Shown: positions 13,206 through 24,418 of the stretch, one piece after another
Layout: each line of letters opens with the position of its first letter
Numbering within the stretch: position 1 is the stretch's first letter
Notes under the pieces: model-generated
What the model was told of the DNA's origin: nothing
Databases searched by the model: none
Seen by the model: the letters and a program-made list of their open reading frames with translations, nothing else
Source of the DNA: Squalus acanthias
Lineage: Eukaryota
DNA: 64,000 bases
Assembly (NCBI GenBank): GCA_030390025.1
Contig: CM059432.1
Coordinates: forward strand, 78,432,001-78,496,000
Direction: 5' to 3'
Position numbers and translations under genes: made by a program

Positions 13206-13295
13206 AGTGCTAAGCTTGTAGTTTAAATGGAACCTAAGTGAAGCAAAGTAGAAAAACCTTTATGCTAAATTTTCTTTATCCTCTTATTTCTTCTG

Positions 13296-13314
13296 TGTCA
13301 GCTGTGGCTCAGTT

Positions 13315-13345
<31 letters not shown>

Positions 13346-13750
13346 GTGGGTTCATAGTCCCACTCCTGGGACTTGAGCACATAAATCTAAGCTGACACCG
13401 CAGTGCAGTACTGAGGGAGTGGTGCACTATTAGAGGCGCTGTCTTTCGGATGAGATGTTAAACTGAGGCCCTCTCTGCTCTCTCAGGTGTATGTAAAAGA
13501 TCCCATGGCACTATTTCGAAGAAGAGCAGGGGAGTTCTCCCTGGTGTCCTGGCCAATATTTATCCCTCAATCAACATCACTAAAAAAAAAAGATTATCCA
13601 GTCATTGTCACATTGCTGTGCGCAAATTGGCTGCAGCATTTCCTACATTACAACAGTGACTACACTTCAAAAGTATGTCATTGGCTGTAAAGTGCTTTGG
13701 GACATCCTGAGGTTGTGAAAGGCGCTATATAAATGCAAATCTTTCTTTTA
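13296..13750 (+). mobile_element. tRNA-headed DeuSINE (SacSINE1-like) with L2-type tail
   Basis: A box TGGCTCAGTTGG, B box GGTTCATAGTCC, Deu-like core GTCTTTCGGATGAGATGTTAAACTGAGG..AAAGATCCCATGGCACT, tail GAAAGGCGCTATATAAATGCAA. Confidence 0.85.
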
Positions 13751-14566
13751 ATTTCTAAGTGGAAGTTCACAGAAGGTGAAGTAGGAAACGGTAACTGCTC
13801 ATAATCTTTTAGAATCAGCCATTCATCAGTATGGATTAAGTCAGCTGTAATGGCTTTTAATGACCAATTTTTCATTGTAACCAAAGGTAAAGGCAATAAT
13901 TGGATTGTCTTTATGCAATCTGTGACTCGCGTCTCTTGACTAGCTCTAGTTTGGGGTTATGAAGAAAAAAGATGATTATTGTCAATGTATTTATTTTGTA
14001 TTTAAGAAAATGACATGCGTTAGACCAATAAGTATTATACTGGAAAAAAATATTCAAAAGGAGAAGGCTATGGGGGAAAAGTTCGGTTGGTTAGCGTCTC
14101 CCGTTAGCGCCTCCAGGGGGCAGTAACGTGGCACTAACGACTTAACACCCATGTGCGGTAATTTTAGCGCTGCCCGTGAAATTCAAATGGCGGTTTGCGG
14201 TGGCACTAAACACTACCGCCACGATCTCCTGCGCCCAGAGATCGTGACATCATCCAAGCGCGCATCGCCCCGGTAGCGCCCCGGACCGGAAATTGATTCT
14301 TGCCCCCTGCTTCAGCGCCTGCCGCTAGGAACGACAGGTAGAGGAGGACAGTTTGCAGTCGGCTGGGGGCTGGGGGAGCCCTATTTAAAGGCGTGCACTT
14401 CTTGTTTTTTCCTGTCGGCAATCAATTCTGACTTCGCACGTTGACAGAAGCAGAGAGGCATTTGGAGAGATTTGACAGTTTCTTACTTGAAGGAGTTTTG
14501 CTCGTCAGCAAAACTTATCAGGTTGCATTTCTCTTACCTTTGGTACTGCAACATTTACAAGAGTTA

Positions 14567-15705
14567 ATGGGGGCTGCACTGGCACGGGGCCTCGCCCTCC
14601 AGCTTCACAGTCGGAGGCAGTGGAGGCGGAGAGAAAGATTGGAAAATGTGGCCAGAGGGAGGAGGGCCAACAGGGCTCTCCATAGGAGACCTTACCCTCC
14701 CAGGGTATTCCGGGAACAGTTCTCATATAGTCATCTCTCAGAGGAGCAGTGCCTTAGAAGGTTCCGCTTCAGCAAGGAGGTGGTCACAGAGCTCTGCCAC
14801 CTCCTGCAGCCAGAGCTCCAGCCTCAGCTCAGGACCAGGACGTCTCTGTTGGTGGCAGTGAAGGTCACAGTCGCTCTCAATTTCTACGCCAGCGGCTCCT
14901 TCCAGGCTTCAGTTCGCTGTCCACTGCTGCATCCAGGAGGTCACAGATGCTCTGTACAGAAGGAGAAGGGAGTACATCTCATTCCCCATGACCCGAGACA
15001 AACAGCATGAATGCACAAGTGGCTTTGCAAGGATAGCGGGCTTCCCCATGGTTCAGGGCGCCATTGACTGCACGCACGTGGCATTGTGGGCACCTCATCA
15101 AAATGCAGAGATGTTCCACAACCACAAAGGCTACCACTCTCTGAACGTCCAGTTGATTTGCGACCACAGACAGCGCATCCTTGCCGTCAATGCCCGCTAT
15201 CCTGGCAGCAGCCACGATGCATTCATCCTGTGCCTGACTGGTGTCCCAGCACTGTTCCAACAACTGCATCAAGCTCGCGGCTGGCTCCTCAGGGACAAGG
15301 GTTATCCACTCGCCACCTGGCTGATGACACCGCTCCGTAACCCCAAAACTCCTGCTGAGCTCGCATATAATGACATAATGGCATAGCGCCACCAGGAACC
15401 TGATCAAACACACCATCGGCGTGCTAAAGCAATGGTTCCACTGTCTTGACCACTCTAGAGGAGCCCTGCAGTACTCCCCTGATCGAGTATCCGTTTTCAT
15501 AGCATGCTGCACAACCTCGCCATTCTGAGGGCCCAGCATTGCCACCAGGGATTGATGGACCACCTCAGGAGGAGGAAGAGGGAGAGGAGGAGGTGGAGGA
15601 GGAGGATAAGAGGAGGAGGAGCAGCAACAACGTAGGAGGGAGGCGCTCAATGTTGCTTCTGCAAGGGCCATTCGTGAACGCCTCATTACACAGCGCTTCC
15701 AATGA
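14567..15705 (+). pseudogene. Harbinger DDE transposase (HARBI1-like), frameshifted
   Basis: CLRRFRFSKE, VALNFYASGSFQ, GAIDCTHV, KGYHSLNVQLICD, YPGSSHDAF, DKGYP motifs spread over several frames. Confidence 0.93.
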
Positions 15706-16004
15706 ATGAGAGAGCAGATGGCATTTGGGATCAGCAACCACATCATTACAGCCAGCTCGCAGCCCCTATGACCAGCCAAAGTGCCAATGAGAAAAATGAT
15801 CAAATAACATTGAAATAAACATTTATTATTCTGCACAACTCTGTCTTATTAAACACAACCAATAACAAACAAACACAGCAATTTATGAACAAACAGAACT
15901 GGTTCTTACACATGGAAATACTTCTTACCAAAATGAACAATATATTTACAAACACATACAAATTTGGTAAACACACTCCCCCTATTTGCTCTAAAAAAAT
16001 GTAT

Positions 16005-17867
16005 TTACTGAGCCTTCCTCAATGATCTCCCTCCCCTTTGCACTTCCCCCCTTCCAACCCTACTGCTCCTCCGTATTGTGGTCCCAGTGGCTGCAGCAAG
16101 GCTGGTGGAAGGCTGCTGAATGCTGGATCCAGAGACTGCAGATGGCCTTGAAGGACGCCCTCGACCAGCTCTGGGCCTGGAGGGCCCGGCTGCAGACTGC
16201 ACCAACTCTGCATGGGTGGCAGCAGTCTGGGCTGGCTGGGTTACAGGCTGTGGCAAGTGCAATGGCGGAGTGGCAGTGGTGGGAGCAGGAATGCTGTCAT
16301 CCTGAGAGGACAGCACCTTCCTGCTTGACCAACACACTGCCACACCCCAGGGCAGAACCTCAGCATCCGGAGCAATCTACTCGAGCACAGATTGTTGGCC
16401 TGCTGCGGCACTGTGAGATCCCTGGTGGACAGTGGGCGACCCAGCCACGATGGCAGCAGTCAGCGCTTGCGTGGCATCAATCAGAGACTGCATCAGAGCA
16501 GTCTGAGATTGGATGGCACCAACCAATGACTCGATTACAGCACTAAGCCGTTGCATTGCCTCGGTCTGTGCTGCAATAGATGCTGCCACCTCACCCATGA
16601 CACGTGGCATAAGGTCTGGGTCCCCACGGTCTCCCTGCAAGTCAACCATCCTCTGCAAAGTGGCAAGGATGCGTTTGAGGGTTTGCGCACAGATGGCAGG
16701 AATGCTGGCTGCGGACTCCTCCACACTCCTAGCCAGTGCATCCATGCTTTCGGGCACCCTTGCCATTACACCCATGAGCTCAGTATGCATGCTCATCGCC
16801 TGTGTGTTCATCGCCTTGACATCAAGGTCCTCATTCGAGTCCTGTGCAGCACTCACCCTCCAGGGAGATGGCCCCCGAGCTTCCCTTTCCTCATGGCGTT
16901 GCTGCAGCCTGCTGGGTCCCAGAGCTTCACCCACATCAGAGCCGATTCCTCTGCTCCCCCCCAGTATCCGATGTGTCGCCCTCGGGAGACGCAGGTAGTG
17001 AGGCTCCGGCTTGGTGTTCCCCCTCCTCTCCTGCATCGCTGCCACTGGGAGGCTGAGGGACAGGCTGGTTAGATGGTGGCTCACTATCTGAAAGCAGGAA
17101 GGCACAAGAGTGGGTTTAACGTGAGGGGAGGGGGGCAGGAAGGGAGCAAGGAATGGAGACAGTATACTTAGATGGAAAGTGGGAAGGGCTCATGTTGTGA
17201 GGGGGAACTGGTATGAGAGAGGAGGGAGAGGTGATGAACATACTGTTGCTGTCCCCAAGGGGGTTGACCTCTCCGACTGCCACAGCGCCCACGACATGGC
17301 TTGCGATGATTCTGTGCACTCGTTCCTCCAGCTGCGTGAAGGGGTGCAGCTCCATCTGACCTCCCATGCATAGCTGCTCCCTCCTGTTATGAGCAAGCTT
17401 GGCCTGCAAGAAAAATGACAACGTGTGAGTGAGTGTGCAGCCATGTGTTTGGAAGATGTGCGTACCATAGTTGAATACCCATTAATGTCTGCAAGGTGTG
17501 CGATATGGATGTGACTTTTAGTAGATGGGCATAGTTGGTGTTGGGGATTTAGCAGTTTATACCGTCTGTGCACAGAGTGAGATTGAGATGGTGGGATGTA
17601 GAGGTATTTCAAGTATGTACTCACCCTGACCACCTGAGTGAGGTCGTTGAACTTCTTGCGGCATTGGGTGTGAGTCCTTTGGACCACGCTTCTGGACGAG
17701 ACGTACAAGGCAACCTCCCACCACACCCTTGTGAACACCCGGGGCAATGGCCTCCTGCCAGTGTCTGGGAACAGCATTGCCCGTCAGCGTTCCACAGCCA
17801 TAACCAGAGCCTCCAATGCCTGGTTGCTGAACCAGCGAGCTCTCTCCCTGGGCCTCTGAGCAGCCAT
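16005..17867 (-). pseudogene. Harbinger Myb/SANT-like DNA-binding gene (intron-containing, decayed)
   Basis: MAAQRPRERARWFSNQALEALV start, RTHTQCRKKFNDL followed by a GTGAGT donor, second exon AKLAHNRRE, coiled-coil-like third exon. Confidence 0.85.
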
Positions 17868-18605
17868 GAGATTCCTGGTTGAAGAATTGCACCTCCTTGC
17901 AAGCCCAGATCACAAGCAGCAATGATCAGGGTGAGGCTGTGCAGCATGATTGAACCTCCCCTTTAAGAACTGGAAGGTGCCAATCTGTCTGAGTATGAGG
18001 TAATTGACAGCGCCTGAGCTTGAGTAGTGCTCTGAGGTAGCGCCCTGTTCCCCAACTTTAGCGCCCTAAGAGAAGTGTGTAGCGCTTGATTTAGCGCACC
18101 AATCACCTCCAGGGGCACTGGAGACGAATTTCGCGGTCGATGGCGCTAATTTGCGATGGGCGCTAAAGTTTGCGGCTGGCCGATGTTAGCGCCCCAAAAT
18201 GGTCGATACCGAATTTTTTCCCTATGTCACACAGAAAAGTTCATGCCAAAACTAAATCTGGCATGGATTAAATTGACATTTTCCAGAATTCTTGTGAAAC
18301 TCAGCGCAGATTTCCTGGGGGAAACTATTCCAGTGAGTTCATTTCCCACCCAGATGAGGCAGCAGGAGGCCAGGGTGATTTTAACTGCTGGGTCTCATCT
18401 ATATGCCCCATAACTGGCATGAAGAAGGCACAGGTGAAGATTGGGCAGTTCTTGACTACCCGCCAGCTTCTAGGTAAGTGACGGGAAGGAGGTATCAGGA
18501 GGGTCTTGTGGGAGGTAAGAGAGGAGTCCGGGGCTGGGGAAGCCACAACTTTCCATGTGGAACCTAAAGGAGCACTCCCGGTCTTCCAGGCTCTATGAAA
18601 GAAAG

Positions 18606-18962
18606 TTTTTTTTTATTCGTTCATGGGATGTGGGCGTCGCTGGCAAGGCCAGCATTTATTGCCCATCCCTAGTTGCCCTTGAGAAGGTGGTGGTGAGCCA
18701 CCTTCTTGAACCGCTGCAGTCCGTGTGATGAAGGTACTCCCACAGTGCTGTTAGGGAGGGAGTTCCAGGATTTTGACCCAGCGACGATGAAGGAACGGCG
18801 AAATACTTCCAAGTCAGGATGGTGTGTGACTTGGATGGGAACTTGGAGGTGGTGGTGTTCCCATGCGCCTGCTGCCCTTGTCCTTCTAGGTGGAAGAGGT
18901 CGCGGGTTTGGGAGGTGCTACCAAAGAAGCCTTGGCGAGTTGCTGCAGTGCATCTTGTAGAT
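18606..18962 (-). mobile_element. 3' end of a CR1/L2-group LINE distinct from the main CR1s
   Basis: Minus strand ..SFIVAGSKSWNSLP..LQRFKKVAHHHLLKGN-stop, then GGGATGGGCAATAAATGCTGGCCTTGCCAGCGACGCCCACAT and an A-rich end. Confidence 0.8.
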
Positions 18963-19959
18963 GGTAAACTTACCAGAAGGGCCTCTTCTGTCTGCAGACC
19001 TGCTTCTGCCTAGCAGAGAAAGCTGCGGCGGTTTCCCAGTCAGGCCCCGGTTAAAACTGCATTGGTGTCCTATTTACGTAAGACGACCTCGATTTGTATA
19101 AATTTATGGGAACTTCATCCACCTGCAAAACCCTGCAAGTTAATATCGGAAATTATAAAAGGACTGCTGGGGCCACAGCAAAGTTTTTCTGGGGAAGGGG
19201 GATCTTGGTACTCCTCCCTTGAACCAGCACGTTGCAATGTACTTTCCAATCTGTGAGGCAAGGTTGGTATCGGAGATGCGCCACTGGTGGCGTGGACACC
19301 ATTGGGCCCATTCAAATGAGGTGACCCCACAAAAACTGGCAGAGTCAGCACTGGAGTCACCAGCGGGCAGAATCCCAGCATAAATGCCAGGATCATTGAC
19401 TAATGCATTTTCTAGACCAATTTGTCTTTTCCAAACGAAAGCTAGTTTCAATATTGTTTGTGCTTATTATATTATCGTAATTGACTGCAGGTTATTTCTT
19501 GAAACACCAGGGTAGGAAGGCCACATGATATATGCTAAAGGTTAAAGTATATATGATAAACTATAAAAGCTGAAAAGTAAACTTAACCTAAGGAATAATT
19601 TCTTCATGCTTGGTGTCATCCATGGAAGGAACAGAGAGACGCCTGGAGACAGATCTTTCTCTGTAATTTACAACACACTACCAAAATTGGGGAAACATGC
19701 AGCTTTGAAACATGTGATTCTTGAGAATATGATTTTGTTAATGGTAATGTCAAATAGCAGCCAGTCACAGTGAACCTGCAATAATAATCCTTTAACATCT
19801 CTCAAGTAGTTAATCAGTCACTTAATCGGTATAAATGTCAAAAACTTTGTTAAGTTATAGAAGTCACAGGTCAACTGACTGTTCGCATTTTCTATTAACA
19901 TTAGACTCATTTTAGTCATATCTAAACTTCCACATGTGGTTAATGTATTGGACAACCCT

Positions 19960-20115
19960 GCTTTACCAAACCAGTTGGGTTTTAATAACAATCCAGTAGC
20001 TTTCATGGTCATTTTCAAAATTTTTGTTTAGTTAAATTTCCTAAATTGATTTAATGAGATTTGAACTTTTGATCTCTGGGTTGCTAGCTCAAGCCCATAA
20101 CCAGTAGGCTATCAT
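19960..20115 (-). mobile_element. Degenerate SINE fragment related to 20275-20572
   Basis: Reverse complement contains GACCATGAAAGCTACTGGATTG..AAAACCCAACTGGTT. Confidence 0.5.
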
Positions 20116-20274
20116 GCCCTATAGATAAGATGTGCTTATGTTTCATAAAATTACCACTAAAATGTTTTTTTTAAATCTACTATTTATTTTTTCAGTATAG
20201 GATTAATAGTTCAAGAACAAAGTTACTCCTGATATTTGCATATCTTTCTTATTGTAATCGCTGTGTTGACTTGG

Positions 20275-20572
20275 GGGAATTTAAATTCAGTTAATTGAAT
20301 AAATCTGGAATAAAAAGCTAGTATCAGTAATAGTGACCATGAAACTACCAGATTGTCATAAAAACCCATCTGGTTCACTAATGTCCTTTAGGGAAGGAAA
20401 TCTGTCCTCTTTACCCTATATGTGACTCCAGAACCACAGCAATGTGGTTGACTCTTAACTGCCCTCTGAAATGACCGAGCAAGCCACCACCTTCTTAAGG
20501 GCAATTAGGGATGGGCAATAAATGCTGGCCTTGCCAGCGACGCCCACATGCTGTGAATGGATTTAAAAAAAT
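20275..20572 (+). mobile_element. 5'-truncated SINE (possibly MetaSINE-type core) with a tail shared with the LINE at 18606
   Basis: Core AAAACCCATCTGGTTCACTAATGTCCTTTAGGGAAGGAAA; last ~85 nt nearly identical to the LINE 3' end. Family name is from recall only. Confidence 0.7.
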
Positions 20573-21122
20573 TTCAGCATCAAATGGGGCATGTGGAAAA
20601 TTAAAAAATAATCAGGGAGACTGGAACTTTCCTGGATCTGTCAGCAGTCTTCTGATTAAACATATTTCTGTTTTCACTACAGTTTTGTAAATGCAAGTTC
20701 TTTCTTTTCTTTTAACTGTGTTGTTTTGCTGTAATGTCGATAGACTGTAGATACTGATTAATGTAGAATAGTAGCGGTAATCTTAACTATAAATAAACTG
20801 TTCTGTAAATATACATTAATGTGACAAATGAATTTGCATTGTAAGAGGAGATCCTTGTTATAGCATCAGTTCAAATTGTCCATTCAACTTATTTAATTGA
20901 GGTTTAAATCGTGACATGCTATTAGCTTTGTATGGTAATTACACTGTCACCGTTGACGTTATTAAATGATTTAATTTAACATGCTTTAGTATTGGAGTCT
21001 TCAATCAAGTCCAGTGTTTTACTTCACAGCTTATGTCTTGCTCATTTTTCTTTCTATTGGGATTAAATTGCTCTATGTGTAAGTTAGCTCACCTATTAAG
21101 TATGAGTTAAGGATAGCTATAA

Positions 21123-21634
21123 TGGGGGAGATTTTCATATAGAGCGAATATCGGGAGGGCAGGGCATCTGCTCCATTCGCCTGATGATGTCAGCAGGAGG
21201 CCTGATCAACCTTTGTGGTCGGGTCGCATCTGTATTCAAGAAGCGAGCTGTCAACGCTAATCACACTGTTTCTAAGCAGATCACCATTTGGGAGATCTGG
21301 TGGCTGGAAATACGATGGCTCCTCCAACACTTAAAGGCAACCTACAGCACTTAATGAGGAGGTTCACTTTTCAAAGGTGGTCAGTCGAGAGTGCGCCACT
21401 GCGACAGTAGGCAGTATGACTACGTGCAAGGCCCCAGAATATCTGATACAGCTGTGGAGGTTCTCATGGAGCAAATAAGGAACAGGAAGGGGGTCCTCTT
21501 TCCCTCCTATGGGCAACAGGTGCCCTATTAAAGTCAACAAAGGAGGCTGAACAGGTCAATGCTGGCAGCATAGTTCCAAAGACCTCGCTGCAGTCCATGA
21601 AGTAATTTAACAACCTTACCAGGACTGCCAAGGT
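21123..21634 (+). mobile_element. Old Harbinger remnant (left end and Myb exon 1); continues at 30431-30640 and ~35978-36300
   Basis: GGGGGAGATTTTC TIR-like start; AVEVLMEQIRNRKGVLFP..FNNLTRTAK, with its GTAAG donor displaced to 30439; CAG-GAGAAGCTG exon-2 acceptor near 36070. Confidence 0.6.
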
Positions 21635-24134
21635 TTTCCAGGTGAAACAGCGATTTACTTGTACTTCTTACAATTTAGTATACTGTATTCGCTGCTCACG
21701 ATGCGGTCTCCTTTACATTGGGGAGACCAAACGCAGATTGGGTGACCGCTTTGCGGAACACCTCCGTTCAGTCCGCAAGCGTGACCCCGAGCTTCCGGTC
21801 GCCTGTCACTTCAATTCTCCACCCCACTCCCACTCTGACCTCTTCATCCTCGGCCTCTTACATTGTTCCAATGAAGCTCAACGTAAGCTTGAGGAACAGC
21901 ACCTCATAGAAACATAGAAAAATAGGAGCAGGAGTAGGCCATTCGGCCCTTCGAGCCTGCTCCGCCATTCAATATGATCATGGCTGATCCTCTATCTCAA
22001 TACCATATTCCCACTCTCTCCCCATACCCCTTGATGCCTATTGTGTCTAGAAATCTATCTATCTCCTTCTTAAATATATTCAATGACTTGGCCTCCACAG
22101 CCTTCTGTGGCAGAGAATTGAAGAAATTTCTCCTCATCTCAGTCCTAAATGTCCTACCCCGTATCCTGAGACTGTGACCGCTCATTCTAGACCCCCAGCC
22201 AGGGGAAACATCCTCCCTGCATCCAGTCTGTCTAGCCCTGTCAGAATTTTATACGTTTCAATGAGATCCCCTCTCATTCTTCTAAACTCTAGTGAATACA
22301 GGCCAAGTCGACCCAATCTCTCCTCATATGACAGTCCTGCCATCCCAGGAATCAGAGTGGTGAACCTTCGCTGCACTCCCTCTATGGCAAACTTGGAAAT
22401 ATTACATTTGGTTCCCTCATCCAAATCATTGATATATATTGTGAATAGCTGGGGCCCAAGCACTGATCCCTGCGGTACCCCACTAGTTACCGCCTGCCAC
22501 CCCAAAAAAGACCCATTTATTCCTACTCTCTGTTTCCTGTCTGTCAACCAATTTTTAATCCATGCCAGTATATTACCCCCAATCCCATGTGCTTTAATTT
22601 TGCACACTAACCTCTTATGTGGGACATTATCAAAGGCCTTCTGAAAATCCAAATACACCACATCCACTGGTTCTCCCTTATCTATTCTACCAGTTACATC
22701 CTCAAAAAACTCCAGTAGGTTTGTCAAACACGATTTCCCTTTCATAAATCCATGTTGACTTTGTCTAATCCCGTTGATATTTTCTAAGTGTCCTGTTATC
22801 ACATCCTTTATAATAGACTCTAGCATTTTCCCTACTACTGATGTTAGGCTAACCGGTCTGTAGTTCCTGTTTTCTCTCTCCCTCCTTTTTTAAATAGTGG
22901 GGTTACATTTGCCACCCTCCAATCTGCAGGAACTGTTCCATAATCTATAGAATTTTGGAAGATGACAACCAATGCATCCACTATTTCCATGGCTACCTCT
23001 TTTAGTACTCTGGGATGCAGATTATCAGGCCCTGGGGATTTATCGGCTTTCAGTCCCATTAATTTCTCCAGCACTATTTTTTACAAATATTAATTTCCTT
23101 TCATTCCTCCTTCTCACTAGACCCTTGGTTCCCTAGCATTTCTGGGAAGTTATTTGTGTCCTCTTCCACGAAGACAGAACCAAAGTATTTGTTTAATTGC
23201 TCTGCCATTTCCTTGTTCCCCATTATAAATTCTCCCGTTTCTGACTGTAAGGGACTTACATTTGTCTTCACTAATCTTTTTCTTTTTATATACTTGTAGA
23301 AGCTTTTACAATCCGCATTTATGTTCCTTGCAAGTTTACTCTCATACTCTATTTTCCACTCTTAATCAATTTCTTGGTCCTTTTTTGCTGAACTCTAAAC
23401 TGCTCCCAATCCTCAGCCTTGCTACTTTTTCTGACAACTTTATATGACTCCTCTTTAGATCTAATACTATCCTTCATTTCTTTTGTTAGCCATGGTTGGG
23501 CCACTTTTCCTTTTGTGTTTTTGTGCCAGAAAGGAATATATAACTGTTGCAATTCATGCATTCGTTCTTTAAATGTTAGCCATTGCCTATCCACCGTCAT
23601 GCCTTTTAATGAAGTTCCCCAATCTATCATAGCCAACTCACTCCTCATACCTTCGTAGTTTCCTTTGTTTAGATTTAGGACCCTAGTTTCGGATTGGACT
23701 TCTTCACTTTCCATCTTAATGAAGAATTCTATCATGTTATGGTCACTCTTCCCTAAAGGACCCCGCACAACAAGATTATTAATTAACCCCTTCTCATTGC
23801 ACAATACCCAATCTAGGACAGCCTGTTCCCTAGTTGGCTCCTCAAGGTACTGGTGTAAAAAACCATCTCGTACACACTCCAGGAATTCATCCTGCACAGT
23901 ATTATTGCTAATTTGGTTTGGCCTGTCTATATGTAGATTAAAGTCATCCATGATTACTGTAGTGCCCTTGTTACATGCATCTCTAATTTCCTGTTTGATG
24001 CCATCCCCTACATTACCACTACTGGTTGGAGGCCTATAGACAACTCCTACCAATGTTTTCTGCCCCTTGGTGCTTCTTAGCTCCACCCAGACTGATTCTA
24101 CATCTTTATTTTCTGAGCCAATATCCTTTCTCAC

Positions 24135-24352
24135 TGACATGAATCTTGTCATTCATGTATGAAGTAATACTGGGCAGCCTGCTGGTGGTGCTGTCCAGGG
24201 AGAGTATAAATACTCGGGCATAGGCCCAGTTTGCTTAGGACATTCCTCAACAGGAACTAGTGAAGGACACAACCAGATCTCCATGTTGATAAACAGTTGA
24301 TTAAAGCTTTGTTTAACGCTTAGACCAAGTGCCTAGTAGTTTTCTTACGTCA
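24135..24352 (+). repeat. 5' LTR (218 bp)
   Basis: TATAAATA at 24205, ATTAAA at 24300; 8 substitutions versus the 3' LTR by eye. Confidence 0.97.
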
Positions 24353-24418
24353 ATTTAATCAACTGGTCCTGCTCCACGCTCTGAGTAGAAGGGAACCAGA
24401 TATAGTAATCAATCCATC

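Larger units (their letters stand above)
14072..18222. mobile_element. PIF/Harbinger DNA transposon H1 (complete, decayed)
   Basis: TIRs GGGGGAAAAGTTCGGT / ACCGAATTTTTTCCC, TAT on both flanks, convergent transposase and Myb/SANT genes. Confidence 0.9.

Noticed and set aside
13296..13365. tRNA gene (also 26870-26946)
   Set aside because: The A/B boxes are SINE heads followed by SINE core and LINE-derived tails.
14567..17867. Host HARBI1 or NAIF1/MSANTD genes
   Set aside because: Flanked by TIRs and TSD, multi-copy within the window and frameshifted, so these are transposon genes.
18304..19381. Possible old Harbinger-type MITE surrounding the LINE fragment (similar hints at 62700-63210)
   Set aside because: TIRs too degenerate and no TSD I can support.
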